Below, piece after piece: positions 54,533 through 64,000 of a stretch of 64,000 nucleotides of DNA. Within the stretch, counting starts at the first letter, position 1, and each line of letters begins with the position of its first letter. The stretch is from Eledone cirrhosa (taxonomy: Eukaryota), in assembly GCA_964016885.1 (NCBI GenBank), contig OZ024741.1, positions 372,000,001 to 372,064,000 on the forward strand, in the 5' to 3' direction. The notes below the pieces were generated by a model, which was not told the DNA's origin, did no database searches, and saw nothing but the letters and a program-made list of their open reading frames with translations. Both the position numbers and the translations under genes were made by a program.

Positions 54533-54957
54533 TAATTGTTTCTATTTTAGGCACAAGGCCAGCAATTATCTCAGTGCATTACTGGTACTTTATTTTATCT
54601 ACCCCCTAAGGATGAAAGGTAAAATTAACCTCGGCAGGATTTGAACTCAAACCGTAAAGGGATGTAACTCTATGCTACAAAGCATGGCTACCGACCTTCT
54701 ACCGACACTGCCAATCGAGCCTCCCCATGTGTTAGATGACGTCATCCTTTTGTGGTGTTCATGAGGCTGTTTGCTTGCAAAGAAACCGAATATTAATAAT
54801 AATTGTTTCTACTTTTGGCACAAGTCCAGCAATTACCCCGTAAGGATGAAAGGCAAAGTTGATCCCGGCAGGATTTGAACTCAGAACGTAAAGGGTCATA
54901 ACTCTACGCTACAAAGCATGGTGTCCAACGCTATACCGATTCTGCCAATCCACCGCA
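54533..54957 (-). mobile_element. Two tRNA-derived SINE copies
   Basis: Copies at ~54533-54722 and ~54800-54957 (the second has an internal deletion). Confidence 0.82.
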
Positions 54958-55635
54958 GGTACGGAAATGCTGTCAGACGGACCTGCCCGAGATGCGCGCA
55001 GAGCGACGAAACCGTTCTGCACGCACTCGTCCAGTGTCCGTGCATTACTGACTTGTGGAGTTATGTCGAACAGCTGTTGTCGCGAGTAGAACGGATCCGG
55101 CTATCGGCCGAGTCCATAGTGAAGATCGACCCGCCGCATTCTTTTGGCCAGGAAGTACAGGAAATTTTCCTCTGTCTGGTGGCAGTAGCGAAAGAGGTTG
55201 TGTGGTGGACCAGGTTGAAAGGACTGAAGACAGACACTTTTCTCTTCGGCCAATCCCTCATCAACGTTTTCAAGTTTCACTTGGAAAGGAAGGTGAGGGT
55301 GGAGAGAGAAGTGCTTCCCCCCAGTTCATTTGCTGAAAGGTGGGTGAATGTGGTGAGAATGGCCCTATGAGTGGGCCTACTCTGATCATGCGCATGTAGG
55401 CGAGTGAATTTGAGGAGAGGGGTGCCCTTCCCGGGTGCTCTCGAAGCGTCGGGTCGTTCAAGATTGGTGGGGTACCTGAGTGAACCCTGGGTGGTCATCC
55501 CTCCTATTGGGGAATTTTTCTTGTATTTTTCTTGTTATTTTGTTATTGTTATATATATTGTTTACACGTTGTATATGTAAACCCCCACTGTCCCAGTCTT
55601 TTGTATATGTCGGCCCTTGTGGCCAATAAATGAAA
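54958..55635 (+). mobile_element. Tx1/L1-clade LINE 3' fragment
   Basis: RTCPRCAQSDETVLHALVQC...AKEVVWWTRLKGL, homologous to 14636-15100; AATAAA then (ATC)n/(ATT)n. Confidence 0.85.
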
Positions 55636-55669
55636 TCATCATCATCATTATTATTATTGTTATTATTAT

Positions 55670-55846
55670 GTATCGGTAGAGGGTTGGACGTCATGCTTTC
55701 TAGCATAGTTACGTCCCTTTATGGTCCGAGTTCAAATCCCGTCGAGGTTAACTTTGCCGTTCATCCTTATGATGTCGATAAAATAAAGTACCAGTAATGT
55801 ACTGGATAATAGCTGGCCTTGTGCCAAAAGTAGAAACAATTATTAT
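55670..55846 (+). mobile_element. tRNA-derived SINE
   Basis: Dominant family, slightly 5'-truncated. Confidence 0.82.
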
Positions 55847-56388
55847 TGTCGCGTGTAGAACGGATCCGGCTATCAGCTGAGTCCATTGCTTTAGCCGGGA
55901 AGGGCAGGCTGTTTTTATCTGTCTGGTGGCCATGGCGAAAGAGATAGTATGGTGGACGCGTCTGAAAGGGCTGAAAGTGAGCACTTACCTCTTCGGTGAT
56001 GCCGTGATTAACTTTTTCAAATTTCATTTGAAAAGGAAAATCAGGGTAGAGAGGGAAGTTCTCTCTTCCCAGCATTTTGTTGAAAGATGGGTGAGAGAGG
56101 CAAGAATGGCCCGAGTGAATGGGCCTACTCTGAGTATGTGCCTGTAAATTGAAGGTGGAAAACTGGGAGAGGGCACTTGCCCTGGTGGTCAAGGTTACCG
56201 TGGCTTTTTTTAATGGGCTTTCTCCTCGATGGCCCTCGGAAGTCTCCCCCTATTGGGGAATTTTTCATTGTTCCTTTTCTGTTACATCCTCTGTTTTTGT
56301 TTTTTTTACACGCAGAAATGCCCATTTGTACCGTCCTGTACTGTCCTTAATGTCTTACTTTGTGTAAACCCTTGAGGTTAATAAAGAA

Positions 56389-56390
<2 letters not shown>
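55847..56390 (+). mobile_element. Tx1/L1-clade LINE 3' fragment
   Basis: MAKEIVWWTRLKGL...FVERWVREARMARVNGP; AATAAA then (ATT)n. Confidence 0.85.
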
Positions 56391-56447
<57 letters not shown>

Positions 56448-57307
56448 CTCACGAATACATTTAGGTATCACAATGTTAAGAGCGAAAACACATTTTGTTT
56501 GTATATATGTGTGTGTGTGTATGTACATACAGTGATGGGGGTGATTGGGTGTCTGGTGGAGTGGAAAATGTATATAATTATTAAGGCTAGTTACTACAAT
56601 GGTGCCAATCCAGGTACGTACGTTTCGTTAACCAAAAGGACTAACTTGTTCAACCTGCGCCGATGAAAATGAACCGAAAAATGTTTACACAAAAAGGAAA
56701 ATACAGAACAATAGGGAAAGAGAGAAGAGCTTCAAAACCAAGGGCAGATAATCTGGAAGCTCTAGCTCAACATTTAGGGAGCAGCAAATATTATACATAA
56801 GAAACCCTATGGTTTTGCTTCACTGAAAAAGATGTTTTATAGTGATCTCTTTTCATTGAGATGTTATGTATATCGGTGACAAATTTACTTACGTATGTAT
56901 AATATTTGCTGCTCCCTAAATGTTGAACTGATAGACGGTCCATATTGACTGCTATTTCTAGTGGCAATTTAGACTTGTCACTTGGTTGGTATATACAAAT
57001 ATTTACCTTATTAGTAGACCTATGCATGCGTGTAATATTATTATTTTTTCTAACACCATGCTGGATCGATGAGAATGAACTCCTTTCACTTAACAGGTTT
57101 ATATATTTTTTCTTATACCTTACAGAAAAACGCTGATGAAAAGTTCTTCTATCAACAATGTCTGTCTGAATCTATTGGGATGGTTAGTGTTGTTCTTAAT
57201 CTGGGAAACTGCACTAAGGGAACTTAATAAAGCCTTCTAACTTTAGGTTGCTTAACTAAGACTATATCTCTAGGAAAAGTTGCTTGTGTAGTATTCTTTT
57301 TAGATTA

Positions 57308-57495
57308 CTGGATTGGCAGTATCGGTAGAGGGTCGGACGCCATGCTTTGACGCATAGAGTTACCACCCTGCTATTCTGAGTTCAAATCCCACCGAGGTTA
57401 ACTTTGCCTTTCATCCTTACAGGGTCGATAAAATAAAGTACCAGTAATGTACTGGGTAATTGCTGGCCTTGTGCCAACAAGTAGAAACAATTATT
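57308..57495 (+). mobile_element. tRNA-derived SINE
   Basis: GGATTGGCAGTATCGGTAG...GAGTTCAAATCCC...GTAGAAACAATTATT. Confidence 0.85.
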
Positions 57496-57722
57496 GTGAT
57501 TTACCTCTCAGGGATTTTGTATAAGATGTTCTATATATATATATAGAGAGAGAGAGAGAAATAGGATTTAGCTTCAAGCATAGCTGTATACAGATATGTA
57601 TAGAAATTTCGTATTTCTAAAGAAACACGGTATGTTTACAGAGCAAACATTTAGGAAGCCGTAGCTATGCAAAACACCGGGACAAACGCCCTCTCGTGGT
57701 GTCCAGCAGAAGCAAGGGGGAC

Positions 57723-57768
57723 AACCGTCGATGCATTTCAAACTTATCTGGTCATCATCAGGACGGCC
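57723..57768 (-). ncRNA. Minimal type I hammerhead
   Basis: Reverse complement GGCCGTC-CTGATGA-tGAC-CAGATAA-GTTt-GAAA-TGCA-TC-GACGGTT: stem I 5-7 bp, palindromic stem III ATGCAT, AUC triplet, weak stem II. Confidence 0.65.
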
Positions 57769-57903
57769 CTTCCATGCTTGCGACTGGTGGACTTGAGAAC
57801 AGGCGAGAATGTGTAGTTTTCTCGTCTGTGTAAATGAGGTGATTAATCTCATTGAATTGTTTATCGTGAACTCGTGCGCCGATTTTTCGATACTCGATTA
57901 TTC

Positions 57904-57939
<36 letters not shown>

Positions 57940-58140
57940 CGAAGGAGGTGTGGTAAGGAACCAGATGGACCATAACGCACCAGAGTACTCAATACTTAAG
58001 GTAGTAGAGTGGGTAATAGGAAAATGTATGACCCCGACGGCAGAGCTCAAGCCGTTTCGACGGCTATTTCTGGACTAAATTATTAAGTACGCTGAGATGC
58101 AACCGGTACTAGCAGGGAAACCTTATGCTAGTCCCGTTAA

Positions 58141-58207
<67 letters not shown>

Positions 58208-59297
58208 ATAAAAATAGTTCTTCGTCAGTGATTTTCCAACCATCATTGGTATTTCATCGCATTAAAAATCAGATACCTCAGGTTGGTGCGAGCAATAACT
58301 AAAAAATGTTATTGGGACCAGTAAATCGCGTAAAGCGAGGGGGACAAGTGAACAACATAGAAGGATAAAAGCAAACCAAAGAAAGGAAAAGAACAAGCAA
58401 CATGATTGTCCTGGTCAGCCTAATCTGGGTGGATTTCATGAGCGAAAGGTACAGACGTCCGACGTGAGTGAGATGTAAGCAAGAAGAGACCCACTGTAAG
58501 CCAAAGGGGAGGAAGTGAGAAGGGGAGAAACAGAGAGTAAGTGAGTGGAGGTGTGAGGAAGCGGTCAGTCGAGAGAAAGTGTAACTGACAGAGGGGGCGA
58601 AAGAAGGTGAGAGAAACAGAGAAAACGGGGAAGCAGTAAGAGAGAAACAGACAAACGCAGCCGAGGTAAATATATAAAAACTAAATGCGACCGCCACAAT
58701 AGACAGCTTTCAAACATTTCGTTGTCACGTGTTATTTCCAACAAAGGAAGCAACCCCCGATTTTTGACGGGTAAATTCAAAGTGTTAACAAAGGAAAAAA
58801 TATTTCCGCTCAACATTCCGAATAAAAGCTCTCAGCCAAACGTTATTAAACAAACACAAATAATGAACAAATAATTAACCAATATATATATATATGAATG
58901 TATGTATAGTATATTTGGCAATATACCGTATGTTTAATTAAAAACATTTTGAAGACTATACGCTATCGGTTTTAAAGTAGTGACTATGTCACTTACTTCT
59001 TTTCGGCGAAAGAAGGGAGAGAAGCTGTTTTCACGCTGTTTGGCGATCATCAGAGCCACGCACTCCCTGCTTCCGCCGAAAATTATAGAAGCTGGATTCT
59101 TATAGAAATCCAGTAATAACCAGGAGCTGATTATACAGAGCGATTGCCGGTCCAGCAAAAATTAGGTATTATGATAGATGCTCTGAAATAGCGATGTATA
59201 CATGAATATAGCAATATCTGTTTCAACAAACGATTTAGTACCAAGAATCTTGCAAAACAAATACATTACGTGTATATTATTATTATTATTATTATTA

Positions 59298-62200
59298 CAG
59301 TTGCATTTATCTTGCTTTATGTCCATACGAGTTATCACCAAGTCACAACCAGTGACCTCAAGAGACAACAAGGTCCGCCATGTTCAAGAAAGAACATACA
59401 TACTCACACATGCATCTTTAGTGTTTAGACTTGTGATGTACTTATATTGACAGAATCTTCCTTAGTATATGGGCAGTTCCCATTAGTACTATCTTTTGTA
59501 TTTCTCCTATACGCGGGTTTCCTGGGATTTGCGATAAGTAATCATTAGACCCCTTAGGTATCATTCCCAGAGCGCCTACAACCACTGGTATTGTTTTAGT
59601 TCTCAATTTCCACATTTTTCCAATTTCTATCTCCAGGTCCTTATACTTTCTCAATTTTTCAAATGTTTTTATAGATACATTCTTGTCTATTGGAACGGAC
59701 ATATCAATTAGCAGGCATACCCTCTTTTTAAAGTCCTTCAATATTATATCAGGTCTATTTGCATCTATTTTTCGGTCTGTTTGGATGCTAAAGTTCCACA
59801 AGATTGAGATGTGATCTTTTTCAAGTATGGGAGGTGGTTGATGCTCCCACCAATTCTTTTGATGGGGCAGTTTCTGTAGCAGTTCTTTCTTTGCAGTTAC
59901 TTTTACCTGCTTTGCTTTTTCTGTGTTTTCCATTTCAACAGTAAATGGGACTTCTGAAATTTGTAGTCCATTACTGTATCTTTGTGCATCTTTTGTAATG
60001 GAATATGATCTTTTGATGCTTTCGTGTTTCAAAACGAGTTTGATCATCCAATCATGTGATTCCCTTAGATATGTAGATAATCCAATTGTTGCAGTTTTCA
60101 ACGCAATGTCTAACTGGACTAACCCACGTCCTCCTTCTTTCCTAGGGAGATATATTCTGCCTTAGGGTGATGCATTCTGTGCATGGTTAAGAATTTTCGA
60201 ATTTTTGTATCGAGCCTACGGATCTCTGTGTTTGACTAGTTGATGACATTGTAACTGTAGGTTACTACTGGTATGGCAAGCCTGTTTATGACATCGATCC
60301 TATTCCTCGCATTCAATTCCGTTCTTAAGATTGCTCTTACTCTGCGGTAACATTTCTTCCTTATCCTTTCCCTCATTGTCGAGTGCTTGATTCCGTCTCC
60401 TTCACAAACACCTAGATATTTGTAAGTTTTTTCTTGATCAAGTTCTCTTATCACGTTCCCCCGATCAAGATTAATGTCCGAACTCTTCAGCAGCTTTCCT
60501 CTGGTGAACGTTGCTTTGGCGCATTTATCTAGTCCAAACTCCATTTTAATGTCATCACTGAACTGCTCCACAGTGGATAATAGCCCTTGCAATTGTTCAT
60601 CATTTTTTGCAAATAGTTTCAGGTCATCCATGTAGAACAAGTGATTAATGGTTTTGTCATAGACTCTATATCCATGTTTTGTTTCATTGAGCATTTTACT
60701 TAATGGTATAAGTGCGATGCAGAATAAAAGCGGTGATAAAGAGTCACCCTGAAAAATTCCACAATTAATATTAACTTCTCCAGCTTCCAGTGATTTTGTT
60801 TCACTATTCAAAAGGAGTGTCGTTTTCCATGTCTTCATACTGAATGACAAAAACCTCCTGACAACGGGGAATATTTTGAAAATCTCTAAACATTTTTCAA
60901 TCCAACTGTGTGGCAAACTATCGAATGCTTTTTTATAATTTATCCAAGCAATTGATAGATTTTTGTGTCTATTATGACAATCTTCCAGTATCATTTTGTT
61001 AACCAAAAGCTGATACTTACAGCCATATGAGCCTCGTTTGCACCCTTTCTGCTCAATGGGAAATAGGTCATTTGTTATCAGGTTGTCATATGTGTATTCA
61101 GTTAGGACTGATGTTAAAGTTTTATACATTGTGGTCAAGCAAGTTATCGGTCTGTAATTTTGGGGATTGTTTGTCTCATCATTCTTCGGAAGCAGGAATG
61201 TAATGCCGTTAACTAGCCATGATGGTATCTTTTCTGGCTCCTTAACTATTTCATTGTAAAGTTGGGCTAACAGCTCATGAGACTCTGTGAAGGCATTTAT
61301 CCAAAAATTTTGTATTTTGTCTTTTCCTGGGGATTTCCATTTGCTGGTTTTTCTTAGAGCCAAACGCAACTGTTCAACTGTTATGTTTTCCCATATTTGT
61401 TCCTCAAGGTGAGCTGTATCTTTCATTTGTCTCTCTGTCCATGGGGCATGTATGTTATGAACTTTTTCTTCGGCCCAGATCTTTTCCCAGAATTCTTGCA
61501 CTTCCTCCTTGGGTGGTATTGATTTAGCAGTTATTGTTGACTTACCAATTTTTCTGTAGAAGTTTCTTTGGTTGTTTTTGAACATATTATTGTCCTTATA
61601 GAATCTAGATCGTTTTTCAAAGCGCCTTATACGAGCAGCTTTGGCCGACACTTTTTGCTTGATTATTTCTATCAGCATGTCTATCTCACTTGTTGATTTT
61701 ATACTGTACTTTCTTTTCAATTTTCTAAGTTTAGTTTGTTTAACATGTTCACCTACTTTATAGTTTGTTAAAATTTCTATGTCAGATCGGAGAAGGTTTA
61801 TTTGGCGATTGATGTTCTCTTGCCAAGTAGATTTCTTGTGGGAATTCCTTTGTTTTTTCATCTTCACTCCACATAAGTGAGTGGTGACTTTAGCCGATGC
61901 ATAATAGAGATGATTTAAATCAGTAATGTTTAGTTTGTTTGTGATAATAATGTTTTTGAGAATTATGTTAGTCTTGTGTATTATCTTTTGGTTCTGTTTG
62001 GAGTTCTGGATCTTAGGGAGGGTGTCTCGTTGCCCCATGTCAGATTCTTTCATTTTCATCCATTCGATCATAATTTCATCCTTCAAGTTGGCAAGTTCAT
62101 TCTCATTCATTTCTTTATCATTTACGATCTCATTATTTTCATTTGGAGTTTCATACTGAGCATGCACTCCCTCCACTTTTTCGATCCTTTCTTTAATTTG

Positions 62201-62900
62201 TTCTGTTGCCAGTGATTCTGCCCCAACCCTGGGATTCGAAGTGTTACAATTTACCTCGTTTTCACTGACACATGTTTCATTTTCCCTTCGCTGACTTTGT
62301 GCTAATAGCTTGATCTGATCAATTTCTATATCAGTTAGTAACTTTTTTTTTACAATATTTCTTCGTATATTGGCTAGTTTGTTACTGTCAATATAGCCTC
62401 TGTTTTCGGGATGTTTCTTTTTCCAGTTGATATATGTCTGTTCTGTATTCGATGTATTTGATGGGTAGTATATGGCAGTGTAGAAAGCCTCAAGGACTTC
62501 TTTATTATCTTCCCTTGACCATTTTTCTCTCTTTTTCTTTGGATTTCTTGGTGGTGAGCATGGAGGGCCAACAGTAGGAGTATTCCGGTTATGGGAGGTC
62601 TCCAGCTCCGAAGTGATGGGAAGGTTTGAACCATTAGCTGATTTTTCGACCCCAGTCTGGTTCCTCTCTGAGGGACGCGGCCCTTTTTTACCCGGGTGAC
62701 GGCCGATCCGGTATGAGATTTTATCATTAGACATTTACTTTATTTTGTCGCGTTTTATCCTTAACCGCCAAGGGGTAATCATTTCGTGTTACCACTTCTA
62801 GAACGAGTGTCAACCAAGATTAGAGGGGTCGTTCTCCCCTAGAGACACGGCTATTCCCCACCGGCCGCCTTCCCGGTATTTCTTGGTCACGGGGTTTTCT
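59298..62900 (-). mobile_element. Near full-length R4/Dong-clade non-LTR retrotransposon
   Basis: ORF 60236-62734 with NYRPITCL, EQKGC, GIFQGDSLSPLLF, HLFYMDDLKLFA. A frameshifted continuation has YLPRKEGGRGL and the RLE motif ANRPDII...LIDMSVP...KLRKYKDL (59442-60101). The 3' end abuts (TAA)n. Confidence 0.9.
60236..62734 (-). pseudogene. R4/Dong reverse transcriptase ORF (832 aa, truncated before the RLE domain)
   Basis: RT motifs as above. Premature stop/frameshift near 60236; the CCHC finger expected before the RLE is missing (KELLQKL joined directly to PHQKNWWEH). Confidence 0.85.
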
Positions 62901-64000
62901 TTTTTGTTGTTTTTTTAAATTGTTATTATCATGAGTGGTTCCTTAATGTGAGCATTGCGTGGCTTAAGAATGAAATTATTAATAATAATTATTATCTCGA
63001 CTCCAGGCACAAGGCCAGCAATCACCCAGTGCATTACAATAATATAATATACTTTTTGCTGAAGTTGCCTGTTATTGTTGTTGGCTATGTCGGTGGTGGT
63101 GCTGGGGCTTTTTATATTGTTGGTGAGGAAGGGGGGAGCCAGCAGTGCCATAGTTGTTGACGTTTGGCCGGTGGCCAGGTCACTAAGTCAATCTATTTAT
63201 ATATTTTGCTAGCCTCTCCCTTGTCTAGTGATACCACCACCTTCCCCTTTCTTAAGTTAACAGGGGAATAGTGGTAGTAGCAATGAAGGAATGGTGGCGG
63301 CGGTGATGGGGTAGTGGTAGCAATGATGGATGGAGTGGTGGCGGCGGTGGCGTTGTCGTTACTGAGTTTTGTTGAGTGGACTAGTTTTTTTTTATATGTA
63401 GTATCTATGCGTTTGTGTCGCGTATGTTTAATATCTGTGTTGAATAGACTAGTTTTGTTTGATCTGTAGTATCTATGCGGTTTGTCGCGTATGTTTAATA
63501 TGTGTGTTGAGATATTCCCGTAAAATTGGAATTAAACATTTTGTTAAAACTTGAGACAATAATAATAGTAATTATTATTATGATGCTGGGATTGGTGGTG
63601 GTGGTGAAATTGCCGTTATCTGGCTGTTATATTTAGTGTACACAGCGGGGTGATGGGGTAGGTGGTGTATCAAGTTTCTGGTGTTGGTGAAATTGCTGTT
63701 ATTTGGCTGTTCTATATAGTGTAGACAGAGGGGGTTTTTCTTCCATTTATAACCATTTTCTTTTTTGAATATAAAATATATAATACAAAATTGAATATTT
63801 GAGCGATATAACAATATATTATGGATCCGAAATTTTATGCGACTTGATTCGGTGGTTTATGCATTATTTGTACTAAGAATTGTTATTTCACAATTGATTT
63901 AAATATGTTATAAATCAAAAACTTACGGGAGCGATTTCATGACCTTCTACCACCTCGTGCGTCTTCTTCCCTTATTATTATTATTATTATTATTATTATT

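Noticed and set aside
56780-57300. Possible Penelope N-terminal coding relic on the minus strand
   Set aside because: Too degenerate to support a call.
62760-62900. Possible HDV-like ribozyme in the R4/Dong 5' UTR
   Set aside because: P4-like, CTAA and P2-like pairings are visible, but no P1/P3/L3 arrangement could be found by eye.

Overview
AT-rich, microsatellite-dense animal genomic DNA made almost entirely of transposable-element remnants. The SINE families, (TA)n/(CA)n/(AG)n density and TE mix suggest a coleoid cephalopod, probably an octopod; this is inference, not a database result. The only convincing host gene is a single-exon, divergent class A GPCR (48026-48997), whose stop codon is supplied by a SINE insertion. 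TEs seen: a complete but frameshifted Buster-type hAT element with TIRs and an 8-bp TSD, non-autonomous Helitrons and a PIF1 helicase relic, Tx1/L1-, CRE-, R4/Dong-, RTE- and Penelope-like retroelements, tRNA-derived SINEs and hAT MITEs. The most striking signal is non-coding. At least 13 intact or near-intact type I hammerhead ribozyme motifs, plus decayed copies, from about 7 unrelated sequence families sit in non-coding units inserted in (TA)n tracts. The best case is a 470-bp unit with a perfect minimal hammerhead, arranged as a tandem array that folds back into an ~850-bp palindrome (11027-13179). This is a retrozyme / Penelope pseudo-LTR architecture predicted to yield 470-nt monomers or circles. 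Coordinates and foldings were derived by eye, and none of the ribozymes has been tested.
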